DNA from: Lepidodermella squamata
Lineage: Eukaryota; Animalia; Gastrotricha
Direction of reading: 5' to 3'
Assembly: GCA_047495785.1 (NCBI GenBank)
Contig: JBLDXI010000040.1
Location: 62,001-126,000 of the forward strand
Length of the DNA: 64,000 bases
Shown: positions 1 to 11,969 of the stretch, piece by piece
How positions within the stretch are numbered: the stretch's first letter is position 1
Layout of the letters: each line of letters opens with the position of its first letter
Translations under genes and position numbers: made by a program
Notes under the pieces: generated by a model
Seen by the model: the letters and a program-made list of their open reading frames with translations, nothing else
Databases searched by the model: none
What the model was told of the DNA's origin: nothing

Positions 1-483
1 TATCAGTGAAAGCAAATAACAAGAAATCGATGCAAGGTTACGCGCGTGATTATTCGAATGAATACGAACTATGTTAATGATGCATGGGCTTTCGTCTTCT
101 GGGGCGAAAAAAATGCGCTATCAATCATGTGACATGTAAAAAACTCCAGGTGGTTCTGACAGACAAACAACACACTCCAGCTTTCATTTGTGATAATTTA
201 ACTTCAAAGGATTATTACTTTTTGTGTGAACATTTGAAGATTAGTGGCCGTTAATTATAGCGCATTTCAGATCGAAAATTCCTCGGCATCAAATAGAATT
301 ATCTTGGTCTGGGTGGATGTTTCCGAAGAGACTGTCCACTTATATGGGAGATCAAAATGCATACATTAACACAATTAAACAAAAATATTAAGCGAAGATT
401 GAATATTAAGAAGAAAAATATTTCGGCCATGAGCTCGAATGAATCTTCGGAGAAAATCCTTATATGTTGTAATGATTTACTTG

Positions 484-797
484 GTACTTGCACAAACGAT
501 TACGCACAAAAGACATTGCACAAACGAGATGTTTGTAGCAAGTTCCAATCCTCAATGAAAATAACATATAACGAATATAACGCAGTCACGTTATCTCTTA
601 TAAAAATGATATAGTAGTAACAGGATTTTGATTTATACTTTATACTACTACTACTACTACCACTATTACTGTACTACTGCTATGTTATTTTCATTGAGGA
701 AAATTCGTTTTTGCAAACATTTTTTTGGAAGTGTTTTTGTGGTACGTCTTTTGCGCAAAATCGCTGTTGCACGTACAGACACACCGTTGAAATATGG
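484..797. mobile_element. Degenerate MITE (~310 bp inverted repeat) with internal (TAC)n microsatellite
   Basis: cctcaatgaaaataacata (550-568) is inverted at 681-699. tgcacaaacgattacgcacaaaagac is imperfectly inverted at ~746-772. (TAC)n at ~643-680. No clear TSD. Confidence 0.6.
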
Positions 798-1318
798 GAT
801 TTTTCAAACTTTTCTGCACCAAGCTTCACATTCAAGGTAGAATTGATCCAATCTTTTTTCGCGGCTCTTAGCTCTCTTTCCGTTTTCCTCTTTCCGTATT
901 CACATGCAAACTGTAGCACTGCCGTTATACAAGAAGCGAACTGGTATACAACTATGCCCGGGGGACAAAGGCATGCCAATAATGGATAGGGAAAGTTGGG
1001 AAACGTTTAATTTCTCAATTAAGATGATTATCGCGGTAATGGCATCGCGATGAGCATCCAATGTGATTTTGAAGCTAAATGGAGACTCCCAAGGCTTATA
1101 AAAGCTTCGTTCTTTCCAATTCTAACTTCAAACATTTGTAATAATTTTTTTCATAGCTTGTTTAAAATTTCTCGAATCGGAACCCGACGTGGGCTGCTGG
1201 CGCTCGGAAGGCCAGGAAGGTCATGATACTTATTAGGGATTTTGTCAGTCAATTGTTGATGTGCCACCTTTTATTCTGGCTGCAACAGTTTGCAAGGGAA
1301 TACGGCATGTGTCACACT

Positions 1319-2339
1319 CATAGACATAATTTAGGATAGACTGCCTACTCACGAGAAAAGGGTGGAACACCATGGGTCGCAGATGTTCAGCTGAATCATG
1401 AAAAACGCTCAAAATTTCGGTGGGAAAGTAAACAAAGCCTTTGATTTTTCTTCGATCGATTTCGTTAAATCAGCGCTGGTTCCCTCAATTTTGTTGATGG
1501 AACCGGGAAGAGAATTTCGAGAGGAACAAGATGGTTATTTTTTCGTGAAATTATGATTTTTTTAAATTAGACAAAATGCATTTTATAGTTTTTGAGCCAG
1601 CAAATAAAATGGGAAATCGACAAGAATAAAAGTGAAATTGAATCAATTATCGATGGATCTAAACGCGGCTTGGCATGAGCTCTCTTTTAAGCCCAAGTTT
1701 GACCTTCGACGATTTTTTACTGAATTATAACAATTTTTTGAAGTTTTTCGGTGGGAAACACCATTAATTTTTGCTTGTTAGCAAAACAGACACAAACAAA
1801 CACGTGATTCATGCGCATGAATCTAAACCAGAACACAGCGCGAACCTTGCGCGTGAATCACATGTTTTGCTAAGATGTCCAATCCAAAAGTAATGGTTTT
1901 TTCCACCGAGAATCCTTCAAAAAATTTCTAAAATTCAGTAAAAAATCGTTGAAGGTCAAGCTTGGGCTCAAAAGACAGCTCACGCCAAGCCGCGTTTGGA
2001 ACCGTCGGCAACTGCTTCAATTTCGCTTTTATTCCTGTCGATTTTGGATTTTATTTGCAACCTCAAAAACTTTGAAATGAATTTTGACCCGTTTAAAAAA
2101 ATCCTAAAATTACGAAAAAATAACCATCGTGTCTGTCGTGAAATTCTCTTCCAGGTTCCATCAACAAACTCGAGAGAACCAGCTCTGACTCCAAAAGATC
2201 GATCGAAGAAAAATCAAAGGCTTTGTTTACTTTCCCACCGAAATTTTGAGCGTTTTTCATGATTCAGCTGAACATCTGCGACCCATGGTGTTCCACCCTT
2301 TTCTCGTGAGTAGGCAGTCTATCCTAAATTATGTCTATG
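1319..2339. mobile_element. 1021-bp foldback DNA element, P-element/Galileo-like termini
   Basis: About 140 bp of perfect TIR starting CATAGACATAATTTAGG, with imperfect palindromy continuing to the centre (~1830). 8-bp TSD GTCACACT at 1311-1318 and 2340-2347. CANRG termini with an 8-bp TSD fit the P superfamily; hAT is not excluded. Confidence 0.88.
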
Positions 2340-3667
2340 GTCACACTGCTATTTGTGTTATTGTTCTTTTCGCACATCTGATTCTTCGAATTAGTGACAC
2401 TTTGGCGAACTTGCACAAGTGTCTTGTTATCTGTAAATTTTACCTCCTCGATTTACAGGCCGTGCAAACGATTGGTGCTTATCATCAATTATTAAATTAT
2501 TTTATTTTGGAATGAACTCACATTTGTTTCTTTCAATTTTGTCCATTGTCTGATATTTTTTTATTATTTAATTTTTTTTCTTTACAAAATTGCCCTGACG
2601 TGAATGGATGTCTACAGAATGTTTGAAGAGATTCACCGTTTTTACTATTTTGTATTTGATGCCTATAGTATCACGTTGTTGCTGTATTATCTACTTTCAA
2701 ATAAACTATAAACTAAAAATGCTGCCCTGATGTTATAGAGTGGCTGTCTGGAAGAGTTGACAGATAACGCCGTTAATAAGAAATTGACGCGGCCGCCGGC
2801 TCACGCAAGCCCGCCTGGTCGTGACAAAGACCCCAGCTAGCAGCGTGGATAAAAAATGTATGAGATTATTACGACGATATAAGTTGACGCAAAGACTCGC
2901 ACTCGTCGAGACTAATTAAAATTGTCTATTGTCGAGCTTCATTTTTTTCGAACATGAAAAAAACGAAATGTAGAACAGACAAAAGTATCACAAGAGAAGT
3001 TTTCCTTCATTTAACGGGAAATTCAACCCCCAAGTCAGGATGAATATAACTATGAGGCATTAAGATCATTATTATCAAATAGCGTTTTTATGGTAAAACT
3101 TTTTCTAATTCTACGATTTTTAAGCCGATGATGGGTATACTTGGTACCCTTAATGTTGCTGTGTCTCCAACATCTGAATAAAATAAGTTGACTCGAGGTT
3201 GCAAAATTGTTTTTCTTGATTTGAATCTGGGTCATTTTTCTTGTTATGGCTGAGCTAATCCCGTCGCAACCTGATAGCAATGCAGCTGATTTGGTGCGAA
3301 TTCAATATGTGAATTACATGATATCGCCCTTGCGTAGTCATTTGCCTGCTCACATGTTATCTTCAGCAGGGTACGAAAAAATAGCTAGAAATGCGAGGCT
3401 CGAAGCAAGGGCCGTAAATATTTCTACCGGAACAACGTCTCTATTACGCGGAACAAAATACCGTCGGAATCTATCGGAATAATAAAAATATTATCTCTTT
3501 TCATGCGGAATTACTTATTTTCCACTCTCAATATATTTTTCCTCGAATAATGTATTTTCGATGACAGAACAAAGAACCACGCCTCTTGCCACCAAGAACA
3601 GGAGCACAGCTTTCACTACCTAATATTCAGATTCGATAACTGAGAACTTAGTTTGGGGTCACACGAC

Positions 3668-4860
3668 CAGGGCTGCAAAAAGTGTACCACCGTGCCACCT
3701 TTGATGGTGGGAAGTTTTAGGACTGTGAACCCTCTTTTTGTGGGAAGTTTGAATGGGGAATCGAAATTTTAATAAATCAACTGTTTAACTAATCCAAATC
3801 AGATATCAGTTTTATTTTTCACTCAACTCTCCTCGCCTCTTTGAGGGCTTTTTCCTTTGCCGTTTGTCATCATCAAAATTCGATTCGCCCTTCCTCTTTG
3901 GCAATTCGGTCGACGAACTTGTTTTACGAAATTCGAGAATCGCCTGATCGACGTTGGAAATGCCACGGCTCATTCGAAAAATGCCTATTCAACGCTGATT
4001 TAATTAACAGATCTTATTTTTTCCCAGCCAGGTTCGGCTCGTTCCAATGAAGGAATAGTTCTTTGGCCACTGCTGCCTCGCCGATTGGCATGTCATGAGA
4101 GGCATGGCGATCCAACACAGCCCACATGCTCTCGACGATGCTCTCTTAATGAGTTTTCAGAGAGTTCATGAGATAAAACCTCATGAACTCCTTAATGCCG
4201 TCGCACAGGGATTCAACCGCGAGGAATTTGTAAAGGATCTCAATTGGTTTTTGGGAAGCGATCGCGGGAAGCGTTTTCAGATTGAGTACTGGGGAAGAAT
4301 CGCTGGCTTTGGGAAATTCTACCATCTCCGCTAGAGTCGCAGTGCAATCGGGAGTCGGGGCAGTGGTTTCGTATCATCTATAAGTTGAAAACCAGCTCAG
4401 CTTTTCGGATCAGGTCCTTTGCAATCGGAAATCTTTTGAAAAGCTCATTTCCCAAGCGACCACAGAACTTCATTCCCAGCCCAGCACAAAACAACGCAAC
4501 GTCTTCAATCGTATTTCCCGAATTCTCATTCGACCGAGTAGAGGAACAAGTAGTTTTCGAGCTATCGGTAAGCGAAATTTCAGCGTTCCGGTATTTCCCA
4601 GTTTCTAGCAATTGGCTCCTCGCCTTGTAGAAATTCGGGAAGTTTTCGATGATTTCCAGTTCGGTAAATTCGTTTCAGCTAAATTCGAAAAAGTTAACCT
4701 GGCCAGTTTGATGATGGTGTCAATTGCCCAAGGCGGCATTTCGAAGATTTGTACCTCTCTGATGATAATTTGCCAAGTCGATCGTCGATGTCGATTAATA
4801 ATTCCAAGAGGAGCACAAATCGGACGTTCCCAATTTTGGACGAGAGATCATTATCGCATG
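3668..4860 (-). mobile_element. Decayed hAT-like transposase 3' region
   Basis: The minus-strand frame at ~3870-4340 reads ...LKTH*ESIVESMWAVLDRH...KELFLHWNEPNL...SALNRHFSNEPWHFQRRSGDSRIS*NKFVDRIAKEEGRIEF*, which resembles hAT-type C-termini and carries several stops. CAGGGCTGCAAAAAG at 3668 is a hAT-like terminus; the other end was not found. Confidence 0.55.
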
Positions 4861-4964
4861 GTAGGTGTATTACTTGTAACCCACACCTACCTCCTCCTCA
4901 CTCCCAGACTCCTAACTCACACCTACACCGAATAGAGCTGCCTTTTTCGTGCTATAACATGCTA

Positions 4965-5200
4965 TAATCGCCCAATGGGCCACCAGTCGCTGATTTATGG
5001 AGACTTGTCTGAATTTTCAAAATTCGTGGCTTAAAATGGCCAAGTTCGAATATGTATTTCGCTCGTAAATTTTCCCATTTTCTCTGCAACCCTGATGAAT
5101 ATCACCCTTTGTTTGATATCGTTCGACTGCTCGTTAATTGATCTTGAAAGTAGCACTAAAATCTCACGATGTCAAACATTTTGCCAACCTCACTTGTTAA
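4965..5200. repeat. Dispersed repeat fragment
   Basis: Similar to ~10450-10525 and ~16480-16565 (tcgctgatttatgg...tctgaattttcaaaattc), to ~51695-51820, and, through the 51.5-51.8 kb element, to ~45900-46240 inverted. Confidence 0.65.
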
Positions 5201-5824
5201 CAGTCATGCTATGTTTAGGTTTCTCACTTTAGTTACCGCCAATAACTCAGGCCCAATGTCGTATCAAGTTTGGCGATCCGCCATTGTTTGATAACAACTC
5301 GATACATGCAGTGAATCCTTTCATCATATCTAGTCAAAACGCGCATGACCACCAATATGGATGAGACATTGTGAACTCGCAAACAGGCACCGAATAGGCT
5401 CTCTAACTCGGTGGACGCGCAGTCGAATATGACATGTCAACATTTCCTTGGATCGAAACAAAGATAAAGGTTCATCATTTTTAGTCGATTCGACTATTTA
5501 GTTTAGTTTAGTTTAGACGATTTAGTTTATTCGACTTACAGTAGCCGATTTTAAAATATATTTCACTAAATAATGTGGTGACGCTAAAATTGCGTCTCAT
5601 GGAGAGACCATGAAAACTAGCTGCATATTGGTTTATGGGGATGATTTACAAAATGAGGAAAAACAGCGAGCAATTAGCAAGAATTTCGATTTACCGCAAG
5701 AATTGAAGTTTCTACTATCGATAAGCTGTTTCTTGAGACGAAATGTTAGCGTCACTGTGTGAAATTAGTCAGTTTTTCAATCGATTCGCCGATATTGAAG
5801 GAAATCAATCAATTCGTTGTGTTT

Positions 5825-6687
5825 TTAAGTATTAGAGGCGGAGCATCTTTCCATTACTAAGCCGTAAACGGGGGTTGAAGTGGGAATTTGTCTAACGGGT
5901 GCGGTGCCGAGATAGAAGCAACAAACGGCGAATGTAGACTGGCCATATTGAGACCCTGGAACGGTGGTCTGTAACATAACATCAATTATTATACCTTAGA
6001 TACGGAAAAAAACGCCTGCTCACCAATCCGCTAGTTAGAACCATGTTGCCAGCAGAGCTAGCAGTGTTGGGGAAGCGGATGCATTCGCCAGCCGTTGCAC
6101 TGGCACTCGCGCCAGTTACTTTGTAAGGATTCCCATCAGCTGCGCCGATACAGGTCAAAATGCCAGGGGCATTGCTCGCCTGTGGGAGGACTTCGTATTG
6201 GATGAACCCAGCGAGGATAGTAGTCTGTGTGGCTGCACAGCATGCAGCAAATGTGCTGAAACTGTTTGGCGAGTCAGTTGAAGCCTATAGCAACAAAAAT
6301 CGATATTGGGTTCTGATGAGTTACTGAAATAATTACCATAGCAGCAGGTGATACTGTAAGATAAGCCGTACACGAAGCTCCGGCGATGTTGTGGCAAAAT
6401 TTGACAGTTTTACCAACCCCAGGGCCAGTCCCTAGAGTCGTCATTGAGCATAATTGGTAAGTAGACTAATAAAGGGAAGAATTGAATTGAATGCTCAAGA
6501 AAGGTTTAGATCATACCGCTGCTTGGCAGCTCTGGCCGCTTGTAGTGCACGGATTGGCCGTGTTCAGGCAGCTTTGACCTGATGAGCAAGTCGAGCCAGT
6601 TGGGCATGGAGTCGTAGTCGTCGAAGCTGGGCAGGCTGTGACTGCAGCACAGGCAGCAGCGAGAATCGTCAGGGTAAGGTAAGCCAT
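5825..6687 (-). CDS. Secreted Cys/Thr/Ser/Ala-rich protein, 234 aa, with degenerate Kunitz-like segment
   Basis: Exons 6687-6517, 6465-6337, 6284-6024 and 5968-5825, joined by three phase-0 GT-AG introns of 51, 52 and 55 nt, give an open frame. Signal peptide MAYLTLTILAAACAAVTA. Confidence 0.85.
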
Positions 6688-6703
6688 TGGGAAAGATGAG
6701 AAG

Positions 6704-6743
6704 ACTGATATTCTTTTAGCGCCATTTCACCAGGAATATATAT
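6704..6743 (-). promoter_or_regulatory. Putative TATA box plus initiator for the 234-aa secreted gene
   Basis: Minus-strand TATATAT at ~6742-6736 and TCAGT (Inr-like) at 6708-6704, about 30-35 nt apart and just upstream of the ATG at 6687. Confidence 0.45.
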
Positions 6744-8449
6744 CTGCGCCGCCTTATGACAGACATACTTCGTACGAACCGCCATAAAATCAGCTCGAAA
6801 ATTTTCTGAAGTTACAGATGCTTCATTGTGGGACGGGGAATCTTTAATGCTTCAAAGCTGTCGAGGTATCTTGAATCTAAATCAAAATAAACCGGTTAAA
6901 ACAAAAAATAAACATTTGATGCAAGGTTACACTTGTAATTATTCGAATGAATACGGAAGGCGTTAATGCTGTAGACTTTCGTCTTCTGGGGCGAAAAAAA
7001 TGTATTAAGAAACTTGTAAATAACTCCAAGTAGTTCGGACTGCCAAAAAGCACAGTCTAGCTTTCATTTGTGATATTTAACTTCACAGGATTGTTGCTTG
7101 AGACGGCAACATTGCAATTAGGTGCATGCACGGGCCTCAAATGCACACATTCTGGTCTAATACCGAAGTTTCCGGAGAGATTGATCAAACAGGACTCAGT
7201 GGGATGTTGAACTTCTGAAACGAATGAAATATTCATCCAAGAATTTCGGTTCAGCAAGTTTTTGTCATCATCTCGAATGAATCTTCAAATGTCATCCTTC
7301 AAACTTTGAAATCCTGTATCTTCTATATCTTCTGCGCTGAAAATAAAAAATTTGCGTTTTGGAATCACTCTAAGGAAAAAATGTTCTAGGCTGCAAAAAA
7401 TTGAAAATCACCAAATCGTTTCGAATTTTTAGTTGGAAACGAATTTTGAAAACGGAAAAAAAACGATTTTTCATAGCTTGATGAGTCCTATCGCTGGTAT
7501 GAACAGCTCCAAAATCTAACAAATTGGATTAATTCATAGGGTCTCATTGGAGTAACTCTTATATCGTTTTCCTATTATGTCGCTGCTCTGCGGTCATTGC
7601 TTTTTTCGCTCATCTGCTTCGAAGTGACACTTTGGCGAACTAGCCCGATTGTCTCTTCATCTGTAAATATACAGGCCGTGCCAACGATTGCGTATCGTCA
7701 CCAGTTGAATCATTTTATCATCGAATGAACTCAAAATAATGTCTTTTTTTTCTTCACAAATAAAAACACTGCCCTGATGTTGATGAATGGATGTCTAGAG
7801 TAGTTTGCCGGTTATAAGAGATTACCCTAATTTTACTACATATTTGTAGCTTAGTTCCTTATAGTAGTATCACGTTGTTGTTTTAACATACTTATACTTC
7901 TAAACAAACTAAAAACGCAGCCCTAATGTAATTGACTGGCTGTCTGGAAGAGTTGACAGATAGCCAGCTCGTGAAATTGTATGAAATTGACGCGGCTGTA
8001 TTACCTGCCGCCAGCTCACGTTTTGCCCGCCTTCGGTCGAGACAAAGACTCCAGCTAGCAGTTGGATAAATAATGTTTGAAAAAAAGTATTCAACTTTGG
8101 CGCACTCGTCGCGACGACTAATTAAAATTGTCTAGCTTAATTTTTTCGAAAATGAAAAAAAAAACAAAAAATGTAGAACAGACAAGGACATGGCGAAACG
8201 TGATTTTTCCATATCATTCAGGAATTAAAGGGGAAACTAATTCCACACAAGTCTGAACATTTATTATTGCGATGAGATTATTTTGCAATTTTAATTTAAG
8301 AAATTTAACACTGGCCAGCAATTTTATTGTGTTTTATCTAAATCTTGGGGCTGGGATGATTCAAGCTAGATTTCAACTAAATGATTTCAACCAAGTTTTC
8401 TAGGCCTTTAATAAAACCTCAGAGAACTGATGAGGCTGGTATGTGGAGA

Positions 8450-8520
8450 AAGGAACCTTTTTGAAGCTAAGGGAACCTTTTTGAGGCTAAGACTTAGCTT
8501 CAAAAAGGTTCCTTAGCTTG
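8450..8520. repeat. Short direct-plus-inverted repeat (GGAACCTTTTTGAAGCTAAG)
   Basis: Two ~21-bp direct copies are followed by one inverted copy (cttagcttcaaaaaggttcc). Confidence 0.7.
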
Positions 8521-9179
8521 CCAAGTCGCTAAAAATTGAGGACTTATCAAGCTCACAGATCACAAACTTCAAAAACTTTAGAAAATTTGGAAAAATTTAG
8601 ATCTTCAACAGACCCCATCGTGCGTGTACATTTTTCGACGAGATGTCCCTAAATGAGGTCACGGCAAGCTAGTATTCACAGGTGAGTTTAGGCCGATGAA
8701 AACGACCCGCCCATGTAACATGTAAATCCAGACCAATGCCGAGGTTTTAGGTTCGGATGATATTTTATTTCCTCCGATCATTTCCTTAGTTGATATAATT
8801 CATTGTGTCCAATATTTTACGCAAGCAAAGAAAGTAAACGACAATTTTTTAGAAAAAAATTAAAAAAATCACGAGAATACTAATAAAATTAAAAAAAATC
8901 CGAAGAAATTCGATCAAACCAGATAAGAGCCGAAAATTACCGAACCAGTTATCATCGGGGTTTCCCCGGAACATTATTAATTTTTTGGTTAAATCGCGAA
9001 TAGATGATCTATCGGTACATTTTAAATAGGAGAATTAGCTGAATTTTCTACAAAATTTGCGAAATTAAAAAATAGTTGCACAAATTCTGGAACACGCTGT
9101 ATAGTAAAACGCGACCTGAGGCGACGCACAGTTATGGCTATAGGTAATTGCGGCCAAATTTCCCAATGAAAAATTCAAT

Positions 9180-9720
9180 CACTGAGGCGAATTGGTATAT
9201 TTATTTATTTAGGTGGTAATCTTCCAACTTGTATTCCTGATTCCTGCCTTGAAAAAAAATAACCGAAAAAATATGGGTCTTCCTGTTACCGGAACCAAAT
9301 TTACAGTGAGCGGAACCAAATTTGCTGTATCGGAACCAAATATGCTGTAGCGGAACCAAATTTTAGAATTTTCTAGTGGCCTGAAATCGTTTTTCGGATA
9401 TTTATTGAATGTCAAAATGGGCCCCAATAATTCTAGAAAATTCACCAGTGAATTCAGCGCAACATTCTCTATAAGACGCAGTGTTCAATTCAGAATTCAT
9501 GCTTAGCCTAAAATTCATAGAAATATTCAAAAAATGACTCTTGGCATATTTCGAGTTTGGTTCCGGAAAAAGCAAATTTGGTTCCGCTACAGCATATTTG
9601 GTTCCGATACAGCAAATTTGGCTCACTGTAAATTTGGTTCCGGTGAAAGATATTCCCAAAAAATATAATGATAAAATTGAAAAAAATGAAAATGTGGCCA
9701 ATTCAATAATTGCCCAAGTG
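9180..9720. mobile_element. Foldback element with tandem CGGAACCAAAT subrepeats in both arms
   Basis: 9287-9362 (four CGGAACCAAA units) is inverted at ~9555-9643. Outer ends are CACT...AGTG flanked by AT; outer boundaries are tentative. Confidence 0.7.
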
Positions 9721-10744
9721 ATATCGCATCAAAGTTTTCCCTACTTTAATGGCGTGAGATTTCTGCGTTCATTTTCCATTTCTTACGCTCATTCATTCAT
9801 GATTCATGCGATGAAAGCAAAAACACGCGACCTCGCAAACGGGCAATAAAAATCAAACAAACGACAACAGCGTCGTCTATTAAGGCGGAATTTTTTACTA
9901 AATTCCTCTTTTGTTGCACGTTAACTCAGCATTGAAGATAATGGCCGACTGCATGTGATTGGCAATCTGTTCATCGTTTTCCCACTTGAAAGTTCCCGCT
10001 TCCCGCTCAATGCTTATCACCTACAGCTTCAGCGTCATCGTTCAAATTCTTATGGAATGTTATTTCGGGAATTTTTTAAACATTTTTATTTACGATTATT
10101 TTCACGTATTTTTCTTAATTTTAATCTCTGCGACAAATTCATCCGATAGCTTTTCGCGATCCTATTCGAATTGAATTATACCTTGAATCCAGATAAATCT
10201 CGATTTCTCGTAAATTTCAAGAAATTTCCCAATCGGCGCTTCCGACTTCCGATTTTCCGCCGAAAATAAAGAAAGCAAAATTTGGAGAGTTTTGAACGAA
10301 AAGGAAGACCATTTTTCCGCTCTTTTCTTTTTCGACCTGAATTTCGACCTTGCATCCAGAAGGAACTGCCGTGTTCATTTTTGCCTCTGCTTTATTTTGC
10401 ACCTTTGGAAATTTTTTAAACTGAAATCAAGCTTATTCCAGCGAATGAAGGCATGCTAGTCCTGATTTAAGGCGAGTTAGCTGTATTTTCGAAATTCATG
10501 GCTGAAAATTGCCGAGTGAACATCGCGTGATACTTTTATTGTTTATCGCCACACTCATTCACGAAAAAATGAGCACACACAAAATGGGGCACGCGATTTG
10601 AGAAGCAAGCAGACGATGACCTCGCACGCACTTGGAAAAGAAAAGCGACGCAATCATTATTTTTAAGGTGGCCTTTTTATTATTTTCTTGTTTTATTATT
10701 ATTATAGATTTGTGCATCAAAGCTGTCATTGCTGTTGTAATAAA

Positions 10745-11755
10745 ATGAAGTATCAATTGAACCTGATTTGTGCTGTGGCTCTGCTGATGATCGGAATTGG
10801 GTCAAATGCTGCTAAACCTGAACCCCAGCTCTACTACTTGGAGATGTCAATCCCGGCAATAAACGATGACCACTGCGCTGGCGATATCTCAAACCTGGTT
10901 ATTCACGCTTCGAAGGAATCGAATCTTTTCCCTGAAATTGCCAGCAAATTTTCAACGAATATTTCGATTTGTAAGGCAAATCTCGTGAGTGATGATGATG
11001 TGTTTTCTGGCTGGAATTTCCTGCAGTTGAACATGACGTGTTATTCACTCGAGCCGTCTTGCCCCAATTTTCCGAGGTTCGAACCGTCGAATTTATCGCT
11101 GAATTCGACGTGTCAATATGGCCGGAATTCGACGATGGATCTTTGCAGCGATAAGGAGGCGGCAAAGCCGGCTCAATTCAAGCTGTCTCTCGTCGCCGGG
11201 CATGACCAGGCCCATTCGAATCACGGCCAGCAATCGATTGTAAATTGCCGAGGCAGCGTGGCTGTGCTGAATGGTGGCATCGACAAAGCTCAGGCCCAGG
11301 GATGGGATAACGGCCACTATGAAATTCAAAAGAAATACGAAGACAAGGCAAAAGATCTAACATTGGAATATCAGGCTGCAGTTATTCGAAGCCACGAATC
11401 ATTTCAGCGAATTACGAAGATTCGTAAGTAATTTATAGGCTATCCCTGTTTTTTTTCCGGAATCAAGCTAATTAATTACTTGAAAGCCCGAATTGCAGAA
11501 GAAAATGACGACTGGAAAATTTTTCAATTTTTTTTTATTGCGTTGTAAAGCAATTGTGATTTTTTTGTGATTTTTGTTAAAATTCCAATACAAATTTGAG
11601 GTCTGCTGAAAATTGTATTTTCTTTATATTTTTGCTTTTTAGTCTGGAGCATTTTGGTTATACTTTTGATTGTTTGGGGCATCTATTATTGCCTGAAAAA
11701 AAGTCACGAATCGAAGAAAAAGCAGCGCCAAAACACTGCTAACAGCGCGGCCTGA
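10745..11755 (+). CDS. Orphan type-I membrane protein A1 (263 aa)
   Basis: Exons 10745-11423 and 11643-11755 (phase-1 intron, C|gtaagt...ttttag). Signal peptide MKYQLNLICAVALLMIGIGSNA, Cys-containing ectodomain, TM LWSILVILLIVWGIYYCL, basic tail. Paralogue A2 has the same structure. Confidence 0.85.
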
Positions 11756-11969
11756 AGACGATTCGCTCGAATTCTACCAACAAACAAGTATAATTATAGA
11801 ATTTGCACATTTTCCCCCAAGATTTAAGGGGGATTTATTGCCGATGATGAGCTGAAAGATGAAATAATGATTGTATGTGATTGATTTTAAAGTCAGGTTG
11901 ATGATGAGAAATATTATTTTTCTGCTTTCAAGATTAATCCAATTTTTTAGAAATTTTATTCGTTTAAAA

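Larger units (their letters stand above)
25..2990. repeat. Decayed segmental duplicate; paralogue at ~6915-8190
   Basis: 25-240 aligns with ~6915-7090 (e.g. ctttcgtcttctggggcgaaaaaaatg; ctttcatttgtgata). 2340-2990 aligns with ~7575-8190 (gtgacactttggcgaact; tggctgtctggaagagttgacagata; gactaattaaaattgtcta). No intact reading frame is shared. Confidence 0.8.

Noticed and set aside
680-1310. Minus-strand gene in the first duplicated block (and ORFs 7057-7257, 7909-8094)
   Set aside because: Frames are not conserved between the paralogues, and part of ORF 680-979 runs into a MITE; at most a decayed locus.
9209-9849. Overlapping ORFs on both strands containing NLVP repeats
   Set aside because: They are translations of the foldback element's subrepeats.
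9900-10402. Possible small minus-strand gene divergent from A1
   Set aside because: Exon-like stretches contain an in-frame stop and no recognisable motif, and there is no counterpart upstream of A2.
11840-11930. Box C/D snoRNA in the A-B spacer (ATGATGA, CTGA)
   Set aside because: Box order and spacing are wrong and there is no terminal stem.
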